Source: Fonticula alba ATCC 38817 (taxonomy: Eukaryota > Protista > Nucleariida). From it: a DNA stretch of 44,429 bases. Below the pieces are notes generated by a model. The model was not told where the DNA came from and did not search any database. It saw only the letters and a list, made by a program, of their open reading frames with translations. A program made the translations under genes and the position numbers. The stretch is from NCBI GenBank assembly GCA_000388065.2, contig KB932207.1; one strand, given 5' to 3'. This document shows positions 1-13,841 of this stretch, in pieces. The stretch's first letter is position 1. Each line of letters starts with the position of its first letter.

Positions 1-38
1 CCACATATACCACACCACTAGTCGCAAGACAGAGCACC

Positions 39-2837
39 ATGCTCCGCCAAGCATTTGGCCGCCTGGGCACACCTCTGCGCCAGGCTGCTGCCCTGGCGCC
101 CGGTCTCCGGCCGACGCTCACCCCTTCCGGGCCCGTACCCGCCGGGCTCGGCCGCCTCTTCTCCGTGGGACGTGCTCGTCTGAGTGCTCCCCCGGCCCGG
201 TCATTTGCCTCGACTAGCACTCCCAAAACGCCGGCCAGCGGCCCGGCCGCGCCGGGTGCCGGTGCTTCCACCGTGGCCACCGCCGCCAGTGTCCCCAAAC
301 CCCTGGCCACGGCCACGGCCACGGCCACGGCCACGGCGGCTGCTTCGTCCCAGCCCGCGGCGGCCGCTGCCAAGATGGCCACCAAAAGCCGGATCCTGGC
401 CTCGCTCCGCACGCCGCGCGGTTTGCTGCGTGCTGGCCTTTTGGTCCTCGGGACCGGGGCCCTCCTGTCGGACTCGGGCCGCTGGTGCGTGCGCGCCAGC
501 CAGCGCTTTGTCCTTGCCTTCGCCCTGACCGTGGCCTCCCTGAGCCGGTACTTGTGGGAGCTGCGCGACGACAAGCAAGACGAAGCGGCCTGGTCCCGGG
601 CGCATACCTTCGCCGCGACCCTGGTCGCGTGGTACATCCGGCAGTTCGCCGGGGTTTTCGTCAAGGTGGCCCAGCATGCTGCTTCCCTGGAGTACCTCCT
701 GCCGGAGGAAATCACCAGCGCCATGGTGGAGTTCCAGGATGCCGCGCCGCGCACCACCCCGGAGGAAGTCATCCGTGTGCTGGAGACCGAGCTCGGCATG
801 CCCATCCAGCAGGCCTTCCAGTCCTTCGATCTGGATCCGGTCGGTGCGGCTTCCCTGGCCCAGGTCCACCGGGCGGTTTTGTGGGATGGTCGCGAGGTGG
901 CCGTAAAGGTCCAGCATCCGCGCCTCCTCGACGACCTCCCGGTGGACCTGCGCATTTTGGAACTCTGTTCGACCCTCTTCGACAAGTTCCTCCCTGGCTA
1001 CAGCCTCCAATGGCTGCTGAGTGAGATCCAGCTGAATTTGCCCCGCGAGCTGGACTTCGTGCATGTGCGTTTTTGCGCGCTCGCCATCCTCGGTCTTCCG
1101 GATTCCCCCCCTCCCCCCCCCCTCCCTCGCCTTCCCTTGTATCTGACACGTTGTGGTTTATCCTTCCCTGTTGATTGTGCCGTGCCGTGCCGTACCGTGC
1201 CGTGCCCCCCCCCCCCCCCTCGATGCACGGCCTTACCTCGCCTCACAGGAAGCCCTTAATGCGGACCGCGCTCGCAAGGCCTTCGCCTCGCGTCCGGACT
1301 CGAGCGGCCAATTGTCCGCAGTCCATGCCACTGGTGATCCGCGTGTGGGACTAATTGTTCCGGAAATCCACTGGTCCATGACCACCCCTCGCGTGCTGGT
1401 GATGGAGTTTGCCGAGGGCAAGAAGGTTTGTGCCCTGATTCCATTCCTGTGTGACGCGCCTTCGCCCATTTTGCATCTACACCGCCTCCATCCTCCTCCC
1501 TCCCTTCGGCTATCTCTCCATGTTTCCTCCAAGACGCTGGCGCTTTCTGACGTGTTTTCTCTCTCTCTCTCACACACCTCCCCCCACCCCCGCATCGGCA
1601 GATGAAGGACACCGCCTTCCTCGAAGCCAATAACATCAGCCCCCAGCGCGTGGCGGCGGCCTTCTCACACCTTTTTGGACACATGGTTTTTGAGGCTGGG
1701 CTCCTGCATGCTGACATGCACCCGGGAAATGTCCTGATCAACCCCCGCCCCAAGCCGGCCGGAGTCGACGCCATCGGGCCGCATCTGCCCTGGTGGGCGC
1801 GCTCCATGCGGGCCATGGGCCTCGGGAGACTGGTCCCGCAGGGGACCACCGACGCGGCCGAGGCGGCCGCCGCGGCCGACCGGGACTTCGACTTGGTGCT
1901 CCTGGATCACGGCTTGTACCGCGAGCTGTCGGAGAACTTCCAGCTGGACTATTCGCGCCTGTGGCTGGGCATCCTGGACCAGGATGAGCTGGCGGTCAAG
2001 CGGGCCAGCGCGCGCCTCGGTGCCGGGCCCCAGCTGTACCGGCTCTTTGCCAGCATCATCACCGCTCGGCCGTGGGACATGGTGGTGGGCAACGAGTTCA
2101 TCGTCGACGAGGACGGCCGCGTGGTGTACCACGACAACAAGCCGGCGGCTCCCAACTCGCAGCATGTATTCATCGACCGGACAAATGTGGAGGTCATTGC
2201 CATCCGCAAATCCCTTGAAGGGTTTATCTTGGACATTTTCTCGATCATGCAGCGCATCCCCCGCGAGCTGATCATGGTCATCAAGTCCAATGACCTGGTT
2301 CGCCATGTTGTGATGGACCTCCAGCGTGATGATGGCCTTTCGACCATGCTGCAAATGACGCGCTTCTGCGCGCAGACCGCCTACCGCCATGAGTCCTCGC
2401 CGCCGGACCTGTCCCTGGCGATCCCCAAGCCGGAGTCCCTCCTGCCGGCCGGGGTCAGCCCGGCCGATGCCAAGCTGGATCTCTTTGGCTTTGGCGGCCG
2501 CTTGACCCTCGAGGAATTGGCCCGGGTGACGGATCCTTACTTCGACCTGGGCGACTCGGCGGACGACGACACGGACTTTGGCATTGCCGCCGCCCGGCGT
2601 GCGGCTCTCCGCCAGGCCGAGGAGCGCATTCTTCGCGAATCGAGCCTCCTCGGGCCATGGGCTCGTCTCCAACAGCGCCTTTTGAAGCTTCGTCTGGCCG
2701 CGTGGGCGCTCGACCGGACAGGCGCCCAAACAGCCGTTGCGTCCCCTTCGCCCGAGGCTGGCCTCGAAGGCGTGGCCGTCTCGCCGGCTGCCCAGGGCAA
2801 TGCCACCCCCGAGACGACACTTTCGCTTGCGGCTTAG
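39..2837 (+). CDS. ADCK1: ABC1/UbiB-family atypical protein kinase (ADCK1/Mcp2-like), probably mitochondrial; exons 39-1064, 1249-1425, 1602-2837
   Basis: Motifs VKVAQH..SLEYLLP, GAASLAQVHRA, VAVKVQHP, ELDF, PRVLVMEF.EG, HADMHPGNVL and LLDHGLY. Introns GTGCGT..CACAG and GTTTGT..GGCAG join the frames (ELDFVH|EALNA; EGKK|MKDT). The N-terminus is Arg/Ala-rich and presequence-like. The subfamily (ADCK1 vs ADCK5) is inferred. Confidence 0.88.
1177..1205. repeat. (GCCGT)n pentanucleotide repeat in ADCK intron 1
   Basis: gtgccgtgccgtgccgtaccgtgccgtgcc. Confidence 0.85.
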
Positions 2838-3278
2838 AGAAGTGTTCCTGGTCACCGGCCGCGAGCACGCCAAGAGCATCCACCTTCCCTGGGGGCCCCA
2901 CCAAGCCACCCCGTCAATTGGTGTCTCCCCCCCCCCCTCCCATCTCACCTACGTTGCCTGTCCTTGAGACCCTTTGATACAGTTTCATGTTGCCCTGGCT
3001 GTGAGAGAAATACACCCCCCCTTAGATCAATGGCGCTTGAAGAGCATTTACACTTGGGAAGATGCCAAAGCTCGGGTGTGACCAGCGTGGGCAGGGGGAA
3101 AAAAGAAGGAAGAAGAAAAGGACACGGAAAAATGGAACAAGAGGAGGAGGAGAGGTGAAACACCCTACAGGGGCATAACTTGTCTATCATGGGAGAACAG
3201 CAAGGCAGCAGGGACGGCCTTCTGACGTGTGTGGGTGTGAGCGGGTGTGCTTGGGCCTCTCGAGGGGCCGCAGTGTGG

Positions 3279-4791
3279 TTTACTTCTGCAGAATGCAGGG
3301 GACATCCTTGCAAAGGTTGGTCGTGCTCCGGCGATTGAGCTGCCAGTGTGGCCGGGCGTGTCAGTAATGCGGAAGGGTGATCCCCCGCCTCCCTCATGGA
3401 TGCAGGGCCTCAATGTGGGGGCATGCGCGTCTGGACATATTTCTGCAGGGGGGCGTGTGCCGGCGTGCGTACCTCCGGGAAGAACACGACCCCGGTGAGG
3501 CGCTCAATCTCCTCCACCGGGACCTCGAAATTGGTCAGCGGCACGGCGGCATCGATCGGGGCGTTGGGGACGAGAAAGGCTGCACAGGTTGATCGTGATA
3601 GGTTAGCTACACAAGCCAGAGGCAAAAGGGCGGCAGGCGGCAGGGCGAGGGCCGGCACAGGGACACCGCTCCAAGAGGCGCACCCGTCAAAGAGAGCTGC
3701 TTCCGGCCGGAGCCCTTGGGGTTGGTGGCCAGGATCACCTTGAAGAGGTGGGTCGGCACGCCGACGGTCGGCTGCTTGCTGTTGATCAGCAGATACTCGA
3801 CCGAGGTGTGGGTGCCCTCCTGCCGGGGGCCGGTGGTGCCCTTGGCGGCACCACGCTCATCGGCCACCGAGCGCGGAGCATACACCGGTCCGGTATACAT
3901 AATGACATCCTGGTAGGCCTGGCTGGTGACCAGGCGCCGGATGAAAGCCTCGATGCTGCCCCAGTATCCGCTGTTGTTGGAGCGGTTCTGCGGGACGACA
4001 TTGCTCATGAAGAAAGTGCTGTCCTTCTCTGGGGGTGGGTAATGGGGAAGCGGAAGAGACAAGAGCAGGAGCAAAGGGAGCAGCATTGGTAGCAAGAGCA
4101 GCACCAGAAGCAGCAGAGGGTCAGAGCAGTGGCATTTGGCGCGACATCAGGGCCGTGGTCAGCCGCCTGGAGCAAGGGGAGTGTCAAAAGGGCACTACAT
4201 ACCATCTTGGTCGCTGTGGCGATCGCCGGCTGGGACCATGTGCCCGCGGTTGAGATCCGGGAAGCCGCCATAGTGGCGGTGCTCCACACGGAAGAGAGGC
4301 GACAGCTCTGGGTCCCCATTGAAGGTGGCCGGACGCTTGGCCTTGGCATTGTGGAGATACTCCTGGTTGATGTGGTGCAGAGTCCAGGTCGGGGTGCGAG
4401 TCCGGCGGTTGAACAGCACGAGGTAGTTCTCCCGGTCAATGAGCTGCTCGGACCCCTGGAGGCCATACTGGCCAATGAGGCCGAGCACCGGATGGTCAGC
4501 GGCCTGGCTGGCCTGCATCGGGAGCCGCAAAAGATCCTGCATCTGCTGCTGGGTGTAAGCCGGCCGAGCCGGGCCGCCGGCAGCCGGAGAAGCATCCCCA
4601 GAGGCCGGGGGCAGACTGGCCACCACGTCAGCCGGAGGTGCGGCCGCCACATTCTCGCTCTTGGCACCGCCACCCCAGAAGTTGCTCATGCTGGAGGTGG
4701 GGACCCCGGTGCCGAGCAGGGTGGCTGTCAGAGTGGCGGAGGCGGCGATGGCCGCCGAGCAGGCAAGAACGAGCTGCTTAGCGGAATACAT
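3279..4791 (-). CDS. NUC1: Mitochondrial DNA/RNA non-specific endonuclease (EndoG/Nuc1); exons 4791-4203, 4028-3684, 3579-3473, 3339-3279
   Basis: RENYLVLFNRRTRTPTW, NRGHMVPAGD, TFFMSNVVPQ, W..IE.F.R, TGPVY.P, VGVPTHLFKVIL, AFLVPN.PID and IERLTG..FF; it ends NLCKDVPC. All four exons join in frame through GT-AG introns. Confidence 0.93.
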
Positions 4792-5706
4792 GGGTTTTGT
4801 GGATGTACGCGTGTGCGCGCAAACACACGCAGAGAGAGAGAGAGAGCGAGAGAGGAGGGAGGGGGAGGGAAGAGGCAGCAGGGGTTGGGGGAGAAGCGAG
4901 TTGCCTCGAGTGAAGGGGACCCGCGCTTGAGGGTGGGTCCCCGGGCGGGGCCTCCTTTTTCCGGTCGCCCACCCTCGGCACCCACACCCGAGAGCCAGGG
5001 CCGAGAGAAGGTGATAGAAAGATCGCCGCCAACATCGGGGGAGGGGACCGCTGGCTGGGGGGAAATGGGTCCCCGCGCTCCCCCCCTCGGCCCCTTCCCT
5101 CCCCGATCGGGTTGGCTAGATTCATCCACAACCCCCTTCCGGCATGCGAGGGGGCGGGGGCGGAGGGGGTCTCCCTCTCCCCGGCGGAGCTAGACGAGGG
5201 TGGGGGAAAGGAGCTGAAAAGCCCCGGCGTGCGTTGGGACTTGGGATCAGCATGGTCGACAAGCGGGTCGAACCTCCCAGGATGGGGGCTCCGGTCCTGA
5301 AATGTGCGTGCGCCCATATGCAGGTGTGTATGCGTGCTGGGGGGAGAGGAAAAAAAGGAGAAAAAAAAGAAGACAGTGGCGCGCAAGTCCGTGAGGCGGA
5401 GACTTGGATCTATGGGATTATATTTGTCGGGGGGAAGAGGAAGGGTGTGTGCGCGTACGCGCTGCTCCGCCCCCCCAGAGGAGGAGAATGCACGCAAGGG
5501 GGGGGAGGGGAGGCACGCGACACGACAAGAGATGGGGGAGGGGGGGGGGAGAGAGGGGCACAGCACCGTGTGTTGGCCGGATGAGGGGAGGTGCGAGAGG
5601 AAGGGGAGAGGAGCACGGGCGGGCAGAGGGGCATGCATAGCATGATGGGCAAAATATGCCTCCACACATCGGCGTCCATATCCCGGCTCTCCGAGGGAGC
5701 TCGCCC

Positions 5707-8700
5707 TTACTGGACAGTGAGGGTGAGCTTGATGTTCATGGCCAGCAGCTCGTTGGTCAGGTACCGGAACACATACGGCATGGTGAGGAGCTCGATGTGC
5801 TGTGTGCGGGGGCACAAGAGTGGCACAGTGGCCGGTGGCAGGGCAAGGGCCAGCAAGAGATGAATGTTAGCCAAGATGCGTGGAGGAGGAAGAAAAATGC
5901 CAGGAAGCCGGGCTGTTTTGTGGTCAGCTCCCCCCCCCCCCCCCCCCCCTTGAGCTGGCCGCCATATGGTGTTTGGAAAGAAACCCCGCCAAAGAGCAAC
6001 GTACATCGCCGGTGTCACAGTTGCGACAGGTGAGGGACCGGGCAGCCGTGGCAAGGGTGACCGGGCCGGAACCCACGGCGGTCGGCGCCGGGACCGTGGT
6101 CGGGCTCAGCATGGACCCGCACTTGACGCACACATGCGACAGGGAGTAATCCGAGCAGTTCATCAGGCGGTCCAGCAGAGTGAAGGACACACCGTGGCCA
6201 AGCAGCGAATCGCGCTCCATCTCGCCGAAGCGGATACCACCGGCGCGCTTGCGACCCTTGACCGGCTGCTGGGTGAGCGGGTCCACCGGGCCCGTAGTAC
6301 GGACCTGGAACTTGTCGTTCACCATGTGACGCAGACGCTGGTAGTAGACAATGCCGAAGAAGATGTCCACACGCATCTCCTGGCCGCTGTGGCCGGAATA
6401 GACCGGCTCGTTGCCATAGTAGTTGAAGCCGGCGGCCTTGAGCTGCTCGGCGAAGAAGTCCACCGCGCGGTGCTTCTCCGAGAACCGGAAGGGCGTGGCG
6501 TCGGTGAAGGCCCCATGCAGGGCGCCGGACTTGGCGGCCATGGTCTCGATAAGCATACCGATGGTCATACGCGAGGGGAAGGCATTGGGGTTGATGATGA
6601 TATCCGGCGTCATGCCATACTCGGTGAAGGGCATGTCCGCGGTGGGGTAAATCCGCGAGCAGACACCCTTCTGCCCGTGGCGCGAGGAGAACTTGTCACC
6701 GATGAGCGGCGTCCGGGGCACACGCAGGACGATGACGGCCTGTGTCAGGCCGCCCGAATCGCCGGACTCCGCGGCCACCAGGCGCACGGACTCCACGAAG
6801 GCGGTATCCAGGTTCTTGTAGCGCTCGACAAACTGGCGCCCGGTGACCGTGTCCACATAGCAATAAAGCGGCGCCCCGGAGTTGAGGAGGGTGCCGACGT
6901 GGCTGCGCGAGCGAGGACGCGAAGGGAGAGAGGGAGAGAGGGAGAGAGGGAGAGAGGAAGAGGAGACACGAAAGGCAAGTTAGCAAGGGAGGACCCGGCC
7001 CGGCAGGGGTCGGAGGATACGGCCATGCAAGGAAGAGGGGGGAGGGGGGACAGAACATACGGAAGACCATCGGTGTCAATGGTGTTGCCAGCCTGGCGGG
7101 GGTTGACCACGCCAAAGCGCAGCGGATGCTCCGAGTGGTGATCCTTCACCAAGTCCAGGCGCAGGGTCTGGTAAATGTAGCCCTGCTGGAAGCCACGCTC
7201 GAAGGCCATCTTGTTGAGGATCATGGCATCCTCCATGTCGTAGCCGGTGTAGGAGATGACCGCGATGACGGCATTCGTGCCGTTCGGGTAGTTGTCGAAG
7301 CCATACTGCTCAGCCAGGCGAGGGCGGACAATCGGCGACTGCGGGAACATCAGGCGGTAGAGCTTGTTGTCGGCGCGGTAGGGGAACGCATGGATCGGCG
7401 TGCCCATCGACTGCTTGGCCATCTATGGGCGGCCGAGGGGAGGGGGAGAACGATGGACGTGTGGGCATTAGATCGGGGGAGAGGAAGAAGCGAGAAGCGA
7501 GCGGAGCATGCCGCGGAGGGTGCGCCCGGCCGAGCACACGCACCTGGCATTGGTACATGTTACGCGGGGACTGGTTGAAGTCCGAGAAGGGAGTGAAGTT
7601 GGCCACCACCGACAGCATGTTGGTGGGCTCCAGCTCCAAGTGGGTGGTCAGGCCGGGGCTGATGTCGGAGTTGACGCAGGCAATGTTCATGAAGACCTGC
7701 ACAGGGGCGGTGTGAGGAGGGGTGTTCACATGTGTCAATCGTCAGTGGAGAGAGAGAGGGGACAAAGGGCAAAGAGCAAGCGCCAAGGCAAAGAGCCCCC
7801 CCCCCCCCCCCCCTGCCGCCGCTCAAAACGCACCTGCTCCAAGGAGCCAATCAGCTCCACGGTGTTCGTGCCCAGGTGACGAACCGGGCGCATGAAGCGC
7901 GCCGGAGTCGAGAAGAGGTACAAACCGGGGAAGGGCCCACACTCGAGAGCCGGGATGAAGGCCACCTCCAGGGACTCCGGCGTGGCCGGGTGGCCCTTGC
8001 TCTTGTAGACGCGCAGGTCCCCGGCGATCGAGGCGGCCACCTCCTCCGGGCAGTAGCCAATCACCTTGCCATCCAGGAAGACCGTCAAATAGCTCGGCGG
8101 CACCGAGGCAGGCGACTGGTTTGGCGACATGCCGAGGGAGTTCAGGAGCTCCGGCAGGCCGGTCACATCGCCCTTGACACTGACAACCCGGCAGGAGTGG
8201 GTCATGTGGTTCAGCAGACCACAGGGGGCACCATCGGGGGTGTGGACCGGACAGAGGAAGCCTTCATAGAGGCAGGACAAGCGAGGGGAGGGGGGGGGGG
8301 GGCGGGCGGGGTAGCATGTCAGAAACTGAGGAAAAAAGAAGAAGAGAAGAGTGGAGGAAGGAGGCGGAGGGACAAGGAGGAAGGCCACCGCCATGGCCGC
8401 CGGACGCACCCCACGACTCGGGCAGCAGACGCCGCACGGAGGTGGTACGAAGCTCCGCGAAGAAAGCACCACGATGAATGGACCGGAAGTGGGAGATGTA
8501 GCGCATGTAGTTCAGCCGCTCGGCCACAATGGCATAGCCAGACACCTGCTGCAGGTCCAGGCCAGTGTGCGACACCAGGTTGCCCGTGGACAGGAGGTAC
8601 TCCACCTTGCGGCCGATGTCGCTCGGGACTCGACCCATCAGGGCATTGAAGTAGTCGCCGTTGGAGAAGTCCGGCGCATGGCCGCGCCCAGCACGGCGCT

Positions 8701-10441
8701 GGTCCTGGGCAATCTGGGCCAGGTAGTTGGACAGCTGCTCGGCCAGCTTCTCCTTGAGGAACATCATCAGCAGGTGTCCCGGCATCAGGACCTCGTGGTT
8801 GTTCAGGGAGTCCGGATTGTCGGGGCTCGTGTCGCCGGCCACCAGGGACACCAGCTTCTGGATCATGAACACCAGCAGGTGGAACTTCTCGCGCGGGGTG
8901 TCCAGATGCACGAAGAGGATGTCGGCCAGGAGCTTGGAACCAACCTGGGCATTGGTCAGGTGGTCGTCAGCACGCATGACAACACGGAACTTCGACCCGA
9001 GGAAGGCCAGCGCCTGCTCGCGGGTGTACACCGCAAAGCGCTTGCCACTGCGGATCATGGACTCCACGCGGTCCGAGAGGAAAGTGTTGTTGGTGCTGCG
9101 CCGGGTGATGGTGTCGAAGATCTCCTGGTCGGTGATGTCCACGAGGCACTAGGGGGCGCGGATGGATTTCGATATGCGCACGAAGCCCCGGTGGCGGTGG
9201 CAACGATGAACGACCGGGGGAGTTAGCGTGTGCATGCATGCATGCATGTGTGTGTGTGTGTGTGTGTGTGCGTGTATGCGCGTGTGTCTAAGCGAGAGAC
9301 AGAGAGACCCAAGGAGGAGAAATGCCGGCAGGTGGAGTGCGCGCACCTTGATCACCAAGTACGCCGGGAGGATGTACTCGCGCTTGAGGAAGGAGAAGCG
9401 CACGGTGAAGTCACCGTGCGTCAGGTAGTGCACGGTGATCGTGTGCGCCGACTGGTCCGGGCGGACGGAGCGGATCTGCGCACCGAAGTTGGAGTAGCTC
9501 GGGCCACGCTTGTGGAAGGACGGCCGGGTGATGGCGAGCACCTGTGGAAAAAGCCGCACAGACCCGAGGGCAAGAGGGGGTCACAGGACCATGGTGAGGA
9601 GCGGGCGGCAGGGGAGGGGGAGAAGAAGGAAGGGGAGGAGGGGGGGGGGAGGGGGGCAGAGCAAAAAGCGCAAGGCACGAACGTGATTCCGGCGCGGGAC
9701 AATAATCTGACGGAGGAGCTTCTCCAGACCGTTGACAATGAAGACACCACCCATCTCGTCGGCATCCTCATGGCGGTCGACCAGCTCGCGCGGGGTCATG
9801 CGCTCGAGGTTGCACCGATTAGACCGGAGCATGACCGGCAGACCGCCAAGGTTGCGGCTGATCGTCTGGATGGGGCCGTCATTCACGCTGAAGGAGATGG
9901 TTCCCTGCAGGCGGCCGCGGTAGGAGGTCCCGCGCGCGCGGCACTCCGCCGGGAAGAGCCAGCGCCGCTGGTCCTGGAAGCCCACCTGGTCACGCTCGGC
10001 CGGCTGCGGCCGGGACACGGTCACGTCGCTGAACCAGAAGCGCAGGCGGTTGCCACGGGCATCGGACACCGTGCGTGCGTCGATCAGATTCACGGCCGTC
10101 TGGAGATTGTCCATAAAGAAGTTGAACGAGTCGATGTGCGGGCGGACAAGATGCTACATATGGACAGGGCAAGGACACAGGCGAGCATTGGAGAGCGGTC
10201 AGCAGGGGGGGGGGGGAGGCGGGGCGGCGGCGGAGGATGGCAGCCGGGAGTGAGGGAAAGCCGCTCTCTTGGGCGTCCTTTCGAAGGGCCCGACGGGGCG
10301 CATGGGCAAGAAAGGGACATCAGGGCGTACAGTCAGGTACTCGCTGGACTGGGACGGGATCTCCTGGTCGCGGGGCGCGCCCTGAATGGCCGGCGCCCGG
10401 GACGCCGGGCAGGGAAGCGGGATCTCGGCGGCAGAGGGCAT
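5707..10441 (-). CDS. RPA2: RNA polymerase I second-largest subunit (RPA2/RPA135); exons 10441-10331, 10153-9683, 9541-9347, 9148-8410, 8261-7834, 7696-7544, 7422-7061, 6902-6005, 5799-5707
   Basis: [11 protein letters not shown]; [48 protein letters not shown] (Pol I-type); [18 protein letters not shown]; [12 protein letters not shown]; [18 protein letters not shown]; Zn ribbon C..CGS..C..C; ELLAMNIKL. All nine exons join in frame at canonical sites. Confidence 0.96.
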
Positions 10442-11690
10442 GCTGCGTGGGCAGGGCGGCGGTCTCGGGAAGGTGGGTGGCAAATGGCCGAGCGACGAAC
10501 GGCGAGCGAGCGAGCGAGCGAGCACAGGCAGCGGCAAGGGGGCAGGGGAAGGAGGAGCAGGGGGCGGAGGAGAGAGGCGGCAGGAGGAAGGGGGAGAGGG
10601 GCGATGCCAGATGCCGGATCTTGAAGGCCCCTCGACAGGGCGGCGGGCGGAACCGCTGGCGCCCAAAAATCCCCCTCTCTCTCTCTCCCTGCCCCCCCCC
10701 CCCCCCCCCCTCCCGCCAGATCTCTCGGGCCTCGGTGGGGAGGAACCGGCTGGTAGAAAGAAGGGGGGGGGGGGAGCCAGGCAGAGGGACACAGGGCAGG
10801 TGCGCCCGGCCGCGCGCCGCCGCCGTCCACCACCGCCCGCCCCCCTGCCGTCGTGGCCGCCACGCGACGCCTCGCGACGCGGCCGCCCCGGCCCAGCGTG
10901 GCCGCGGTTTCCCCCTCTCCGCGCGCGTGCACGTACTCAGAGTGAAAGAGAGTGAGGGAGAGCGAGGGAGAGCTGAACTCCAGACGCGACCATGTGCGCC
11001 GGGCTGGCCTCCCAGCCCGGCGCGCGCAGGACACCAGCAACCCTCCCCGCCCAGGAGGGAGGGTTTTTGCTCAAGTACCCGACAACCACGCGGAAGTTCT
11101 CAAATGTTTGTTATCACGTGCAAACAACGCCAAATTCCGACAACCGCCGCGGCAGCATGGCACCGCCCTCCGTTGTTCTCTGCTCCCGACGCACCCCGCG
11201 CGTGCTTCCGTCGGCCGTGCTCGAGGCCCCCCCCCATCACTCCCTCCGCCCGAGACACGCGGCCGGGGTCAGGCACATACCGAGCGAAAGGGCAGGATCT
11301 GGTCCCACAAGCAAGGGGGGGGGGGGGGGGGGGGGGGGGGGCAGAGCAACGCTGGAGGGAGGTGGTCAAAGTTATGATGTATTGGTTGCACTGTGTGGAG
11401 GTGCATCTGCGCATGTGGAGGCAGGGGAGAAAGGCGGCGTTCGCCTCTTCGGCCTTCTTTGCCCCCCTCCGCCGATCAGGCTGGCCTGGTGTAGATCGAG
11501 CAGGGCCCACAATGGGCCGGATCTGGTCGAGAGGACACACGCACATATGGGCCTATGTGCGTGTGGGCGAGAGGGGGGGGGGGTGCCCAGATGGACGGCC
11601 TCCGGACCCACTGTGTCTGAAGGTGCACAACACGCACGTCCCGTAATGCGAGATGCATGGGCACAAATGCATACACACACACACACACAC

Positions 11691-12642
11691 TTAGTGCTTC
11701 TTCTTCTTGCCGAGCAGGCGTCGAGCCTGGTTCGGGTTCCGGCGACCCATGCCGATGGTCACATTGCCGGAGGCACCGGCCAGGGTCCGGCCACTGGCGC
11801 CAGTCATGATGGACGGCATGTAATCCGGGTTGCTGAGGTCATTGGCGCCAGACTGGCGAGCGGCCTGGCGCTGAGCCGAGCGCAGCTCGCGCACCGCCGT
11901 CCGATACTCCTTCTGATCACCGGCGAGAATGAGATTCCGGGCCTTGTGGTGATGGCCACCACGGGGAGCCGCACGAGAGTAGCGCGTGCCCCGGAGCCGG
12001 TACTGGAAGTTGGCCCGCAGGTAGACGGTCAGCTCGCCGGTGATGGCGCACGTGGAACTGGCCGCGCGCATGAGGGTCGGGTGTCCGCAACGGGGGCAGA
12101 ACTGCTTGGACATGTCGCGAGTGACCCTTCGGGTGGATGGGCGGGTGGGTGAGCGGGCGCACGCACGCATGACGGGGGGGGGGGGGGGGGGGGGGATCCC
12201 CGTGTCAGAAAGGGAGCGAGGGGGAAGCACAGGGAAGGGCGGCAAAGTGACGACGCACTCAGTGCAGGCATGGCACCGANNNNNNNNNNNNNNNNNNNNN
12301 NNNNNNNNNNNNNNNNNNNNNNNNNNNNNNNNNNNNNNNNNNNNNNNNNNNNNNNNNNNNNNNNNNNNNNNNNNNNNNNNNNNNNNNNNNNNNNNNNNNN
12401 GGGGGCTCCCGTACGCGGATGCTGGTGTCCACAACGATGCCATCCTCGGCGTTGGCCGCATCGATGGCCGAGTGGGCGGTGGCCGAATTGAAGATCGAGG
12501 TATCGGTCGACAGGGCGTTGCTAAAGCCGGTGCCCGGGCCGACCCAGCCCTCCTCATCGTCGGAGTCGCTGTCGGAGAAGTTGCCCTCATGGTCGTCCGC
12601 GTCATCGGACGACTGTGTCTCAGCAGTCGGAGTGGTGGTGGT

Positions 12643-12675
<33 letters not shown>

Positions 12676-13841
12676 AGCGGCGACATCAGCGGCAGCGGCA
12701 GCAGGGGGCTGATCCTCATCACTGTCGGAGAAGGTGGCCACGGCCTGGCGGCGGCGACGGCCAGACACCTTGGCGACCTGGCGCTCGGACCCGTCCATAG
12801 CCACCACGGTGCGGACCTTGCCGTCGTTGGAGGTAGGGCGCGGGTTGGCCAGGTTCGCATCGCGAATGGCCCGGGCGCGGGCAACCTCATCGCGGTCGGC
12901 CGAGCCGTAGTAGAAGCCGGGCAGATGCGCGAAGTTATGCTGGCCGGGGGACGAGGTCCCCTGAGCGGCGGGCTCCTTCTCCTTCTCTTCGTCCTCGGTA
13001 GGCGCGGCACCGGGGACCACAGTTCGAACAACCTGGCCACCAACGCTAGTGACAGTCTGAAGGGGAGGGGCCATTAGTCCGGGACTCTGACGGAGAGCAA
13101 TGGGGGGGGAATGAAAGAAAAAAGAGAGAGAGCCAAGAAAGGCGAAAAGGCCGTACGCCAGGCGGGTGGCGACGCAGGTGCAGCAGATTGCCACCATTGA
13201 GCTCGGCCTCGATGGTGATGGAAAGAGCCAGTAGACGGATGTCCACCTCCGAGAGAGAGGCAGCATCACCGGTCTTCATGGCAAAGGTGCGGACTGGCAG
13301 GAGGTGGGCGGAAGGATGGCGTTAGTACAGACACCCGAGGAGCCAGCAGGGGGGGGGGAGGGGGGGGGGCGCCTTGTGGTGTCTTCCCGGTCGCACCGTA
13401 GGCCAGGGCTGGCTCCGCCGGCTGGCGGATGTCCACCTTGTAGGGGAGGTTGTCAAAGCGCGCACGGACGGCCGGGTCCACCAGCTCGCTAATCACCTCG
13501 GGAATGGTGGCCAGCTTGGGAGCCGACGCGCAAAGGGCCATCAGGCGATCCGACAGGAAGGCATTGGTATCCAGGACCAGGACGGCCGGGGCATACGGCG
13601 CGTCCTCTTCCTCCTGGGTGCCCTCAGCGGCGCTGGCGGTCGGCGCGGGCTTCGAAGCGGTGTCCTGGGCGCCAGTGGTAGCGACCGCAGCGGCCGTCTT
13701 CACGGTAGCCGCCCAAGAAACCTTCGAGGCAGCAGGAGCAGCCGCAGGGGCAGCAGCAGGAGCAGCAGCAGCAGCAGAGCCACCAAGGGAGGGGAAGTCC
13801 TCCTCCAGCACGGTGACGGGAGCATCATCGACGGTGGACAT
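11691..13841 (-). CDS. NOB1: NOB1 20S pre-rRNA D-site PIN endonuclease; one exon is partly lost in the gap at 12280-12400
   Basis: [50 protein letters not shown] and KQFCPRCGHPTL (Zn ribbon), RGTRYS...ILAGDQKEY, GRRNPN. The missing [14 protein letters not shown] segment is present in the displaced copy near 18410-18540. Confidence 0.94.

Noticed and set aside
5265-5274. tRNA B-box-like GGTTCGACCC on the minus strand with a nearby CCA
   Set aside because: The T-stem does not pair, and I found no A-box or cloverleaf.
10996-11023. Perfect 12-bp GC hairpin with a 4-nt loop between RPA2 and NOB1
   Set aside because: About one such stem is plausible by chance in 44 kb of very GC-rich DNA. It is isolated and has no supporting context.
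11340-11640. Possible small gene or snoRNA downstream of NOB1 (ATGATGT, ORF 11100-11546)
   Set aside because: The C box is imperfect, there is no matching D box or terminal stem, and the ORF has no recognisable features. It is most likely 3' UTR.
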